Of a DNA stretch of 64,000 bases, positions 26,149-38,531 are shown in pieces. The position numbers and the translations under genes were made by a program. Position 1 is the first letter of the stretch; each line of letters begins with the position of its first letter. The stretch lies in the NCBI GenBank assembly GCA_964247055.1, contig OZ176055.1:8494001-8558000 (forward strand), given 5' to 3'. This DNA is from Paragordius varius (lineage: Eukaryota > Animalia > Nematomorpha). Under the pieces are notes generated by a model, which saw nothing but the letters and a program-made list of their open reading frames with translations, ran no database searches and was not told the DNA's origin.

Positions 26149-26443
26149 TTGTTACCATTGCAATGTCTCAGAAATGCCGCCTTGAAATTTGCTGAAATCG
26201 TCATCCGAATTTTGCAGATGGCCCAGTGTTACCAATTTTAAAGTGTCGCAAAAAATATTTTACTTGTGCCCAGTGCCGTACACCATATAATCCTAAAAAA
26301 ATTTAGCACTGTTTAACACATTTGCAGAGTTTTATACTCAAAATAAATGTATCTTTAGAGCCACAATGAATCGCGGTTTGAGTACCACTAGTCTACCCAA
26401 TTAAATAATAAATCATTAAAAGTTTTATTCAAAATATATCGCA

Positions 26444-27820
26444 TTAATTTCCTAATTTTAATATGTAAGTAATGTCAGAAAAACTGATTGCCAGCAATAA
26501 ACCATTTAAGGTAGTAATTGCCTTCATGTTATTATACATATAATATGGTCTATCGATACTGATCAAATGAATCCCATTTTCTAAATGGTTATAGCTTTTT
26601 TCTAATTTTGCTACGCTTTTATCGTTCATATGGTGTACAAGTTTGACGATTTGAACTCCTAAACTTCTATCAAACCTATCAAAAGTAAAGTATCCAACGA
26701 GGGTATGTTTATAACTGCTTGGATGTTCGGATACCAGGCAAACTAACTGAGTATACATATAAAAATCAATTATAGCGTTTAAGTGCCTATTAATAGGACA
26801 CTCTTGATAAAACATCAATCCTTTTGCATTAAGCACAAATACTATGGTATCATCTAAGCCAACAATTCCATTCACAGTGACTTGAAGGTGGAGTTGATGA
26901 GTTAAAGATGGGTTGTGATCAATTTTTTTAGGAAGATATTTTTTCATAATTTGTATTTCATCGGTAAATAATGAAGTGTATGATTCTATTTTACGACTAT
27001 GGAAAATTAAATCCATTGGGCAATTTGAATACATTGAGAATGTGGGGCGATCATATACCCAGCTATTGCTAATGTTAACTACGTCTTTATTAAGGTCAAT
27101 GATTAACTCATAAATTATGTCATCAGCTATAACAATAATGTTACAAGGTATGCATGTAAAATTTACTAATGAGCGGTATTCAAAATGATGATTCCAAATC
27201 TCTTTATATTGTTCTTGTTCGGATTTTGTTACAATTTTATGAATTCTTAGAATTCCGTTTTCATTTAAAGATATCATATATTGATAGGACTCAACCATTC
27301 CAACACAATTTATATCACGGATGTCTCGATTTCTCCACAACATAATTTTTATAATAGGCTGTGGAGAATCGTATTTTATTGTGGACAAATAAAGTATATG
27401 GAGATGGCCACTGTCAAACATTATCCTATAGACAGTCAATTCATCTTGATCACAACCTATGAGCATTCTATTACCACAAAGTTCAATAACATGTACATTT
27501 TTATTGGGAGACTCTATTTTTGTCAATACAGGTGGATTGTGTTTTATTGGTTTATACAAGCGGTACAAGCATCGCCAAAAATTTACATTTTGTTTCTCAT
27601 AATTGTTCGACTCTATCATTTTGGAGTCCGTTCCTAATATCAGATCAATATCCATGGGGAAAACGGTCTTATATAATAAATATTTCCAGCATCCTGTACA
27701 CTGCATATACTTCTCCACAACATATCTGTAATATTTATTGACTGCGCCTAATTGGTTTAAATCATTTTCATCTAGGTAGTATATAACATGTTGCAAAATA
27801 CAACAATCAGTTTTATTCAT
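26444..27820 (-). CDS. Intronless 458-aa protein with N-terminal F-box-like motif and beta-rich C-terminus
   Basis: Long ORF in AT-rich DNA; N-terminus ILQHVIYYLDENDLNQLGAVNKYYRYVV fits the F-box pattern (IF.YL...DL..L..VCK.W); the remainder has short hydrophobic beta-strand-like segments, possibly a degenerate propeller. Confidence 0.6.
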   Translation of the reverse strand: MNKTDCCILQHVIYYLDENDLNQLGAVNKYYRYVVEKYMQCTGCWKYLLYKTVFPMDIDLILGTDSKMIESNNYEKQNVNFWRCLYRLYKPIKHNPPVLTKIESPNKNVHVIELCGNRMLIGCDQDELTVYRIMFDSGHLHILYLSTIKYDSPQPIIKIMLWRNRDIRDINCVGMVESYQYMISLNENGILRIHKIVTKSEQEQYKEIWNHHFEYRSLVNFTCIPCNIIVIADDIIYELIIDLNKDVVNISNSWVYDRPTFSMYSNCPMDLIFHSRKIESYTSLFTDEIQIMKKYLPKKIDHNPSLTHQLHLQVTVNGIVGLDDTIVFVLNAKGLMFYQECPINRHLNAIIDFYMYTQLVCLVSEHPSSYKHTLVGYFTFDRFDRSLGVQIVKLVHHMNDKSVAKLEKSYNHLENGIHLISIDRPYYMYNNMKAITTLNGLLLAISFSDITYILKLGN

Positions 27821-28039
27821 ACATAATAGGTATTAAAACGTTAACAATTATTTTCTATAAAGTGTACTATCTATGAAATTCAAAATTTTGTCTCTCGAAG
27901 GCTAAAATTGTTCCACCAACTATCAACAAAAATTTAAATCGGCCCTAAAGAAAGCATTTTTGGAAAAAACGTTTAATAATTTTGAAAAGGATTTATTTAT
28001 TAATTATATTGAAAATATTTTTCATCATCTTCTAACACA

Positions 28040-29000
28040 TTCACCCATTTCTCAGGTAATTGAATGCCATGACAGAAAAATTGATTCCCTTTTGGGGCAA
28101 ACCATTCGTCAAGTCATTTTTCATCTTTAAATTAAATAAAGTGCTGCTCTTCTAGCCCATTGCGAAGAGTTACTAAGCAGATGGCTCAAGGTTAGAAGAG
28201 TACATTGGATGCCAAAGAGTTTGCTATCGAAGTGAAAGGTTTTAAATGGTTTTGTTTTAAATGGAACATTGTCAAGTAACAAAATCGTTTTGCCATGTCT
28301 CCCGCCATTCCAGTCCTTTATTAAAAAAAGCATGGATCCAAAGTTCCTAATACACAATTTCAATCTCATCCCACCACTCAAAGCATGGTCTGCCAAAGCG
28401 ATTTGGCCTTGGTGTTGATGGATCGTCTGGCAAGAGAAAATGCACCATTTTTCCGCTTTGGAACTAAAGAAGTCATTTTATCATTGCCCATCACATTTTA
28501 AATAAAATTTCATTTCAAGACGATGAAGTAGGGTTCCACAAGTCACTGTTCGGTTTTCGATTTGATATTCATTCAAATTGTGGGGCCCATTTATCGAGAT
28601 TGGTCGTTTCCATTGATCGTAAACATCTTCTGATTGTTTGTGATACATGTAATGCTTCTGCTAATTACCATTGAGTGAGTTGGGACATCCAATAAATCTT
28701 GCACTTTATGGAAATCGCAGATGTGTGGTCCGCCCACCCCTTCACATTAAAATACATACAATTTCCCAAACCATATTTTACGTGTTATTTTTGGAGTATC
28801 CATACTATATGTTTCTATCAGCAAACGAGGATTTTCAACATCCCTTTTCTTCTGATGGCAATACGCACCCCATTTAGGTATAAAAATAGACACGATTACT
28901 GATAAAAATAGGACGCTAGCTTTAGGCGGACTCAACTTGCTTGTGCTTGCCGTTTAATATCATATAAAATGACGTATGTATCCAATTGCTGACTTTGTAC
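28040..29000 (-). mobile_element. Degenerate mariner remnant, copy 2
   Basis: ILLLDNVPFKTKP (ILLHDNAP-like) and downstream fragments; the 28700-28960 portion is homologous in reverse complement to 37100-37240 of copy 3. Confidence 0.7.
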
Positions 29001-29944
29001 TTTTCGCTGACGCCTTCTCTTAGTAAAATGGTAATGACTTATGACTACACCTGATATATATCAATATTTTATTCAATATAACTAAAATATAGCCCGCGGC
29101 CTTTTAAATACTTTCAAAAATTCAAAAGGTAATAAACTTTAGAAAGGGTTTATGAGTCATGGATTTTAGCCTATCAATATTTTAACCTTACTAATATATA
29201 AAAAATCGTGGAAATATTATCCGCTTAATCAAATAAACGTCAATGTAGGTTTTTTGCTATCACTGTTGTTTTCAGTAAAAAGTTTGGATAATATTTAAAA
29301 AATCGGATAAATGTGAATAATTTATGCACAAATTTATTTAAACTATAATATTTTTTACTTTAACCATTCTAGTTGATCATCAAGCGAAGCATTTAAAATA
29401 TATTGACGATATAATATATATGACAATAATTTGGTTTGCGTGGAAAAACTACTGTAATTGGATATAAAAGTTAACTGTATCTTTATTTAAAACCGCCCAA
29501 AGTAAGAGCGTCTAATTAAAAAAATACTTTATATCTAGAATTTAACGTTGTATAAGTTTTAAAAATTAAGCTTTATCAGAAAAATATTAACCGGCCTGAC
29601 TGCTAAAAACAGTAATCGTCTCATTTATTGAAAACAGAAGCATATGAAACTATATCAAATATATGAAAACTTAATTAATTATTAAATTGTTAATGAAACA
29701 AAAATTGAAAAATATATTATATACCATTATTTTACTTAACTATATTTAATACACGTGATAAACATAGGTTTGCAAGTTTTTGACTGTTTTAACCGGTCTT
29801 ACCCATCTCTTAACATTTGTGTAGATGGCAATTGATTTCGTTACATTTTGATTATCTGAAGTACTTTAATTCTTTCATTGAGTAATATTAATTAATATCA
29901 ATTTAAATATATCAGTGCACACAATTTGGACCTAAAAATATTCT

Positions 29945-29990
<46 letters not shown>

Positions 29991-29994
<4 letters not shown>

Positions 29995-30338
29995 ATTTAC
30001 AGGTTAAATTCACCCTTAAACAATTCAAATTCACCCTTGAACAATTCAAATTCACCCTCGAACAATTCAAATTCACCCTAAAAATAAATTATGTGTTTTC
30101 GAACTAATATAACTCATTATTAATGAGAAATATATATTTATGGCATAGTTTCTTATTTTTTCAGTATTACTTAAATTAAAACAAAATTTTTATTTTTTAA
30201 AAATATATAAAAATATTGGGTAATTTTTTATCTAAAAACATATATTTTATTTGTGGGGGAATTTGAATTGTTTAAGGGTGAATTTGAATTGTTCAAGGGT
30301 GAATTTGAATTGTTCAAGGGTGAATTTGAATTGTAAAT

Positions 30339-30342
<4 letters not shown>
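29991..30342. mobile_element. TA-flanked foldback MITE with 21-bp subterminal repeats (copy A)
   Basis: TA|CCATTTAC...GTAAATGG|TA; 3-4 tandem TTCACCCTTGAACAATTCAAA units per arm; embedded in (TA)n on both sides. Other copies at 32924-33293, 52716-52992, degenerate ~48930-49170, half ~49490-49708, partial ~58820-59030. Confidence 0.85.
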
Positions 30343-30382
<40 letters not shown>

Positions 30383-30493
30383 GAAAATGCACAGGGATTC
30401 TGATTGTGTATATGGTTTTAGAATTTAATCATATAAGGTTATTTACACTTCTGTAATAATTTATATAAAAAATTACAACATTACACCTTAAAT

Positions 30494-32916
30494 CAGTGGT
30501 ACTCACCAAAAATATTTGACGGGCCAAAAAAATATATTTTTTTTCGAGGGCCATGAACCTTATAATGGCAAATATTCCATAGCTATTCGACACATGTGCA
30601 CATATTTATACTCTAAATCAGCACAACGATTTTTTTGCGCGCATATTAATCCAGCTAAAAACTCGTTTTGCCTATTTTGTTTCAAAAATTTAAATATTTT
30701 GATGACATTTATTTTGATATTAACCAATAATTTTGACAAATATCGTTTCGTCTCTTGACAGGCCAATCATAATACGTCGTCCATATGATCATCGGTTTAG
30801 CGATTTCTGTATGTATTCTTGACATCCTTCATTTTTAAATATCCTGCACACGTGTAAGTTGAAGTAAAAACAGTTAGGATAACTTTAGTACATTTTTTTT
30901 ATATTTTCATATTTATTTGGCATCTTGCCAAAACTTTACATATCTTCCTTCTCTATGATTTTCCTTGAATATAGCCTCCAAATTGGAACCATTTTTAAAA
31001 TCTACGAATTCTTTAATGATGTGCGCCTGATCAAAACCGGGGATTTCAACAAGTTTTAAGCAATTTTTAATATTTCTTAATTCTTGAAACATCTCATTAA
31101 ATAAAAATGTTAATTGTAGATTATTAAATTAATCGCAGTAAATCCATATTTTCCTTGTGAATCGTTTTAAATGAAGGAAAATATTGGAAGTTTTATTTAT
31201 AAAATCTTGTTTATATATTATTTATTTTTCTTCAAAAGCTATATTTTGATTAAATTGGGTTATTGTTTTGCTCCCTTAAAGACTTATATTAAAAATACTA
31301 TGTTCATAAGATGTCGCAAAGGTAGGCTAATAAAACGCACCATTTGTCACTATTAATTTCCTCGTCAAACTTTTTGTCATCTTTTATAAAAATTATAATT
31401 TGTCTTATACAAAAATTCTATTTTATACCTTGCTAAGGCTTAGTCATCTCACAACGGTTCACAAAAGAATATCATCGAACTCACTGTGGATATCTTTCAG
31501 AGGTTTTTATTTACAACGGTTGAATTCTCTGCCACAGATGTGGTTAAATCCACAACCGTTTTAATTACTGAATTGATTGATTCATCTTTTACACGCGAAA
31601 CCAAGTTTTGCTGATGGGCAGTGAAAGGATAAAATATTTTTACTATTATATTTGTTTTTCAACAGAATAAATCCTTTGTTTATTCCAATCATAGAGGGAC
31701 AACCATCTGTGCAGATCGAAACTAAATTTTTCATAGATATACCATTATTCTCGAAAAAAGTGCTAATTATTTCGAGAAAATCAAATCCTTTCGTGGTATT
31801 ATTCATTGATAAAAATTTTAAATATTCCTCGTGATTTTGTTGTCGTTGTAAAATCTCACGAAGAGTGCACATGGAGGTGTTGAAACTATATCAGTGCGAG
31901 AATCAATAGCAATATCAAAATATTACAGTTTTTCAGAGCCAAATGATTGTTAAAAATATAATTAGACATATCTTTAATGCGTCGAGCACAGGTTGAATCA
32001 GAAAGTTGAAGTTTTTTAATTTGCCTCATGATTTAATATTTATTATGGAATTTATCAAATAAAAAAGTGCAACCATTTATTAGACATTCTTTTATTGGTT
32101 GGGAATCAGTAAACGGTTTCATATTTTTTCCTAAAATATAGCGAAATTTATACGAAGCTAATGTTAAAGCTTTTTCCTGGGGGAATATGGACATAATAAA
32201 TTTTTCTTTCTAGCATGATTCCTTAATCGTTTTATATTTTTCGTTTCTTTTCTCATGATTTTCTGGAAATTTATGAGAATGATGGATTGTAAAATGTCTT
32301 ATATTTTTTTTATAATTATGTTGTCCTTTTATATAAGGCAGGTAACAATATTTTTATTTTAGTGACAAAGAATTTTTCTTTCCATTCTTTTTTAAAGGAG
32401 CGATTTTCCTCGATAATTTACGTTTTGTAGCATCAGATATCATCCTTGGAATTTATGTGTAAATATTATTTTTTCAAAAAATGGGATAAGTTAAATTATG
32501 CTATTATAAACTTGGTCAAAATTTAAGAATGTTGATTTGAATATTTTTTATGGGAATGAGTTATAAAAAATGATGTAGGATAGCAATGAAAAGAATGTAT
32601 ATGTAAGTTTGAGAAAGGCTTGCTTAAATACAAAAAAGGAATGCAATAAAATTTTCAAAGTAGACATAATAGAATATAGAAACAGAAACAACGTGTGCTA
32701 AAATTTTGAAATCATTTTAATATACGGAAATTTTTTACATTTCAAATTGGGTAATAAATTGAAATTACCCAAATTAAACCTTAAGAAAATAAATTAATAT
32801 TAAAATAAGCGAAAATTCGTTTATGTGTATTTTAAAAATTAGTTAAAAAAAATAATTTAAGTATCAATATGTTCATAAGGCATTTTTTAAGCACTCCCGC
32901 GGTTTGAGTACCACTG
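30494..32916 (-). mobile_element. hAT (Charlie/SPIN/GTF2IRD2-like) transposon with pseudogenised transposase
   Basis: Perfect 12-bp TIR CAGTGGTACTCA / TGAGTACCACTG; left TSD CCTTAAAT (30486-30493). Minus-strand remnants EENRSFKKEWKEKFFV...CLI (~32400), TTKGFDF...LVSICTDGCPSMIG...SFHC (31582-31872) and YRNR*TDDHM (~30790), with many stops. Confidence 0.9.
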
Positions 32917-32923
32917 CCTTATA

Positions 32924-33293
32924 TACCATTACAATTCAAATTCACCCTTAAACAATTCAAATTCACCCTTGAACAATTCAAATTCACCCTTGAACAATTC
33001 GAATTCACCCTTAAACAATTCAAATTCACCCTCAAATAAAATATATGTTTTTAGATTAAAAATTACCAATATTTTTATATATTTTTAAAAAATAAAAAAT
33101 TTTGTTTTAAATTAAAATAATACTGAAAAAATAATAAACTATGCCATAAAAATATATTCCTTATTAATAATGAGTTATTTTAGTTCAAAAAGACATAATT
33201 TTTTTAGGGTGAATTTGAATTGTTCAAGGGTGAATTTGCATTGTTCGAGGGTGATTTGAATTGTTGAAGGGTGAATTTGAACTGTAAATGGTA
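32924..33293. mobile_element. TA-flanked foldback MITE, copy B
   Basis: TACCATTACAATTCAAATTCACCC...GGGTGAATTTGAACTGTAAATGGTA; inserted into the right TSD of the hAT element. Confidence 0.85.
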
Positions 33294-33871
33294 AATTTAA
33301 AATATTTTTGGTTTTATGACGCTTATTGATTTATTCCAAAAATATCACTGAAATATATATTAAACTACATGTAAAAAGAAAAAGACTTTTTTTATTAATT
33401 TTTAATTTTTGCGGGGTTCGAAAGTAACAAATTTTTTCGCCCTTCTGAAACGGGTTAGTTTTTAAAAATAAGAGCCTAAATGTAATTGGGCGATAGATTA
33501 TAATATATGTGAATTTCGACATCAAAAGGAAATTTCGAAAAATGAAACAATTTTAGAGCGTGTTCATACTTTGAGACATGATGGCGGTATAAAAATTTAA
33601 TATAATGAATATATATGCGTTTAATTTGCAGACGCTATATGCAATTACATTTGCCTAAAAAAAATAAACATTAATAAAGATTAATAAACTGTAAACGAGG
33701 TTATGACTTTTGAGGTTATTTTTTAATAATTTTTATTTTATCGATATTTAATAAATATTGTACACTAGAAAATTTGAGTTTTTCGCCTCCCTAATCAATT
33801 ATTATAAAAATTCTAATTGTAGATCATATCTTTACAATCTTATAGTCGACCCAGTCGATCGCTCATGTTGT

Positions 33872-36456
33872 ATGGGGAAGGTATTTTCACGACCTTCGAA
33901 CAAACCTGTATTAATTCTAGAAAAGATAGATAAAGTTTTTTTATATATTTATATAGGATTTGAAAAAACAGTATGATCTACGCGACTACAGCCAGATTAC
34001 CTATAAAAAGTATTCAGTTGAATTACTATTGTTTGGTGGGATTCTTATGTTAATTGGAGCCTTATATTTATGGCTATTCAAACCCAGTGACATATATAAA
34101 TTTAATGTTACGCTTGGTTTGCTTCTTACACCATTATGGTAAATTTATTTTAATGATAGTATATGGGGCTTTAGAAATTTGTTGAAATTATATTTCGAAA
34201 AATGTCGTCTTAATTCAGGTTATTATTTACGGTTAATTTTAGAACGTAAAATAAAAGATTTGATAAAACTCAAAAACGATATATTGGACAATATTAAGAA
34301 GACAAAAACATATGAAGATGCAATTGAGATTTTAAATAAATTTGGGGAAAAGCCTATCGCAACACCGATTTCTCTTGAAAAGCCTGCTAAACCCACCAAC
34401 AACATTAATAAATTATTGGAAGATAAACAGCAACTCGCCATAAATGATGTGAAAAGTGATCATCATGAACAATACATTCCCAAAACTCCACGTCCAATTT
34501 TACCTCCAACTTTTGTGCCTTCCACTACTCAATCAGGTCATCAAAATCACAAAAACAAAAGTTTCCTTGATATAATGGTTGAATCTCTGATTGGGGATGG
34601 GAATCCGAATTACAGATATGCCTTAATTTGCACCAATTGTCACAATCATAATGGAATGGCTTTGAAAGAGGAGTTTCCTTTTTTAGGTTTGGTTTATAGG
34701 AATTTTTAATTAAAAAATTAGATATTAAGTTTTATTTTATATAAGTATTCTTTTTGCTTAGTTAATGGTTTATAAAATTAATATATACCATTTGAACTTG
34801 TTTGGGTTCGTCCATTTGCAATTATTATTTTCTTTCGTTAAATGGGTATAAATATTTATTAAAGAATGGAACGAACAAGAGCTCTATGGTATTAACAATA
34901 TCATATTCATCAAAAAAGTATAAGAATTACCATGGAGCTTTTGTTTTTTCCATTTTTTACCAAATATTTAAACCCATTTAACAAAAAAAATTGGACGACT
35001 GTAAGCTGGTGTTTTTGACTTTTGATTAATTAATATTTCTAGTTAGGGAATATCATAACCAAATGTTAAAATTTGTTTATTTATTCACAAATATCGTGAC
35101 CGTCGCCAGAGAATTTGCACAATTTTTTATATATGCCACAAAAAATTAAGTTGCTATTAAAATTAAATATTTTCAGACTTTAATAAGTTTTTTATAGATA
35201 GGCTTAGGCTGTATCATTGATATTGATATTAAATAATCTTTATTTAAATTGATTTTTCCCATAGAAAGGAAATATGTATTTATTATTTAATATATAAAAT
35301 TTATCTAAAATCATAATTTTTAATAATATCAATTTACTAAATATTTATTATTATTATAGCAAAGATCGTTGTCGATTTATTGCTTTTTCGAAGATTTTCT
35401 CCAGTTTATTCGAAATGTTAGCTGTTGTAAAGAAAGATTGGTTTCTTTGGTTAGGTTTTTGATCCAGCGCATCTTGCAGCGTCCACGTTTCCTGGATCCT
35501 TCGACCTTGCCTGTCATTAGTTGGAATTCCAAGTCATTAGCTCTGGTAATGTGACCAAAGTATGATAATTTCATTTTGAGGCATATGCCAATCAGGTGTA
35601 TCTCGGGGTTTATTTTGTCAAGGATTACAATGTTCTTTACTTTGTATTTCCTGATTCGAAGTATCTTTCGCCAGTACCACATTTCGAAGGCGTTAACGTA
35701 TCTTCTGTCATCCTTTTTTATTGTCCAGGTTTCTGATGCGTATAGCATGCTAGGAAATATTAGGGCTTTAACTAAACAGATTTTTGTTTTAAGTTTGATG
35801 TCGTGTGATGACCATAGTTTATTATATTTTATCATTTTTGTCTTAGCAATTCCTATTCTTCTTTTGATGTCGGGGGTGCTGTTGTTAGTCGTATTTATAA
35901 GACTGCCTAGGTAAGTGTATTGGGACACAACTTCTATTTGTTGGTTGTGAAAAGATAAGTTGTTATAGTGTGAGCGTTTATAATCATGATTTTAGTTTTT
36001 ATAAAGTTGATCGTCAATCCAAATTTTTGACATTCGTTTGAGAATTTAGTTAGGAGTTTTTTCAGGTTGTTGACTGAGTTTGACAGCAGTATAGTGTCAT
36101 CAGCACAGTGAAGTGATGATATAATATTGCCGGCGATGCTTATGCCATTAGCTTTATTTATATATTTCTCAATACGCTTTCTATGCAGACGTTAAAAAGA
36201 GTCGGTAAAAGGACGCATCCTTGTCGTAAATCATTGTTCATTCGTATCCAATTACTTGTGCCGTATGGGGTTTTTATGGTTAATATTGGAGTTTCAGATC
36301 ACATTTTAAACATCATCAAATCCCTTTACTAAATATTTATTTATTGATAAATATAACAAATTAAAACAACTTTTTCCAAAAGATTGTGGATAATTAACAT
36401 ATTAGAAACGATATTTTAGTAACTACATTCACTAAAAAATTAAGGTAACAAAATTG

Positions 36457-36514
<58 letters not shown>

Positions 36515-36732
36515 ATTATATGCTCATAAATTACATTCAATAATTATTAGCTTTCAGATGTGTATATTGCAAACATTTCAATCCAGCCCGTGATAAAAAA
36601 CCTCCGGCCCCAGATATTTTTCAGAAATTAACGTACGAAGCTGCTACAAATCAATCAAAAACCACATTGCATAATAATGTACATAATTCTTCTTCGAATG
36701 AATCCTCACATAACTCATCTTCAAACGAATAA
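33872..36732 (+). CDS. LNPK: Lunapark (ER junction formation protein), 4 exons, 317 aa
   Basis: Exons 33872-33934, 33957-34138, 34160-34686, 36551-36732 (954 nt, in frame). N-terminal MGKVFS myristoylation motif, two TM segments, KTKTYEDAIEILNKF, and zinc finger RYALICTNCHNHNGMALKEEF..AFRCVYCKHFNPAR. Confidence 0.93.
35346..36300 (-). mobile_element. 5'-truncated RTE-type LINE fragment in the LNPK intron
   Basis: LRQGCVLLPTLFN...CADDTILL (YADD equivalent) and YTYLGS...IKRRIGIAK...LYASETWT...AFEMWYWRKILRI; short (TAA)n tail at ~35346-35357; stops and frameshifts. Confidence 0.88.
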
Positions 36733-37029
36733 TCCATAATTGCGCATGCATGCTATGCTCTCAATAAATTATTATTATTGCTATGCAAAATATATAGTTG
36801 TTTATATCCGTGGTAACCGCGGGTCGCATGCGGCGAACTTATTTTTTATTGGACTGCTTATTAAATTATTACTGACGATATTTATTATTTTGCATTTAGT
36901 TTTAATTTCGGTAAATTTCTATTCGAATTGATTTATTTTGTAGTTTTCGGTTTTTTTCTTCGAATTAATATTTAAAAATATACCAGCTGTATATTCATAG
37001 CTTATTGCACCGGTTAAAATGAAAGAAAA

Positions 37030-38110
37030 CGTCAGCGCAAAGGACGATTAATTTTATTCAGACCACATTTCATGCATCTGGCATTAAACGAACACATACA
37101 TGTTGAGTTCGCCAAAAACTAGCGTCTTATTTATATCATTCAATAATCAGTCGAATTTTTTGCCTAAAAAGAATATTTGCGACACGCATTACCATCAGAA
37201 GGCTGTTGAAAGTTATCGTCTGCTGGCAGAAACACATGGTTATTTTTTATCGATTAAACCATTTGAATGGTTATAATAATTTTGTGTTCAAGTGAAAGAG
37301 AGTGCGCGTGTTAGGCTACACAACCGGGAAGACGCTAAGCGAGATTTTTTGGATGATGACCCAACTATTAACAGTTGAGAGTATTACATGTGCAAAAAAA
37401 TCAGTTGAATCTGCGAGATTGGGAATTACCAATAATCTCAGTAAGGGTCCCACACAAATCGAATCAAGGTCAACTTACAAAGCCACTGTGAAATCCTGCT
37501 TCCACATCATAAAAAATATTTTTGCATAGAATTGGGACGGATGATGATAACATTATTTTGTAAAGTCAAAGAAAAATTCTTTACCCCATTGCCAAGCCGG
37601 TCCATCAAAACCAAGGCCAAATAGCTTCGGCAAGAAGACCATATTTTATATTTGGTGGGACTAGATGGGTATTGTGTTTTATAAACCTTTTAAATACGGT
37701 TAAACCGTTAAAACTCAACGCTGACAACTATTTTTAACCATGCAATAATCGTAAAACGACATGATACCGCTCTAAGTAATGGCAAAGTGATATGACACTC
37801 TTCCGTCTCACAGCAAAACCAATGAAAGATACCTTAAAATCGCTTCGAAAAAGATTCATTCGCATCCGCACTCTCCTGACTTGGCGTTATTTGACCAACA
37901 CAACTTTTCATCAATGCAGACCCTCGCGGAGCAGTATTTTAAGATTTCGAAGACGTTAGAAAATTGAATGGTTTTGGCAAAAGACAATCAGTTTATCCGG
38001 CATGCATTCATAAATTACCTGAATATGGGCGAAATGTGTAGAAGCCGGTGTACAATATTTTTAATAAAATAAATAATTGATTTCCTTTTATAATTTTGTC
38101 TTAATCTGAT
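37030..38110 (+). mobile_element. Degenerate mariner remnant, copy 3
   Basis: Fragments HLRHAL..ESYRLLAETHG, a WWDQ-like motif (TGGTGGGACTAG), HSPDLA and LPE..KCVEA; heavily interrupted. Confidence 0.75.
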
Positions 38111-38119
38111 ATGGTGAGT

Positions 38120-38531
38120 TTCGCGACATGTGACAAAATATGTAAAAAATGTATTCCTTACTTTCTCCTCCCAACATATAAAGGTTTAAGCTACATATAG
38201 AAACGGCTTGACAAAAGCCCACATGAAGGACATATTAAGCTTGCCCTGTCATGGTGTTAAATCAGATGTGTGAAAAATTGTTTTAATTTATTGAAATATG
38301 TCAACTTATGCGATTGTTAATAATTGTCATCAAAATATTTTTTATTTTAAAATAAATGAGATAAGAGGCATTTTAGCTGCTATTTATATGTTTCCCACAA
38401 AAAAATCTTAGTGTACTTATATAAAGGATAAATATCTGCATAAATGTCAATCGGGTATGTATTTGTTGGTATATGGCGATAGCCCTTGAGACAAAATTCG
38501 GCCCGTCAGAACTTTTTGGTGAATATTACTG
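38120..38531 (+). mobile_element. 3' remnant of the same hAT family
   Basis: YRNGLTKAHMKDILSL (dimerisation-region-like) followed by end GGCCCGTCAGAACTTTTTGGTGAATATTACTG, matching the reverse complement of the 30494 terminus. Confidence 0.6.

Noticed and set aside
29991-30100. Regular 21-bp direct repeats resembling a CRISPR array
   Set aside because: The units are contiguous with no unique spacers, form the arms of a MITE, and there are no cas genes in this eukaryotic context.
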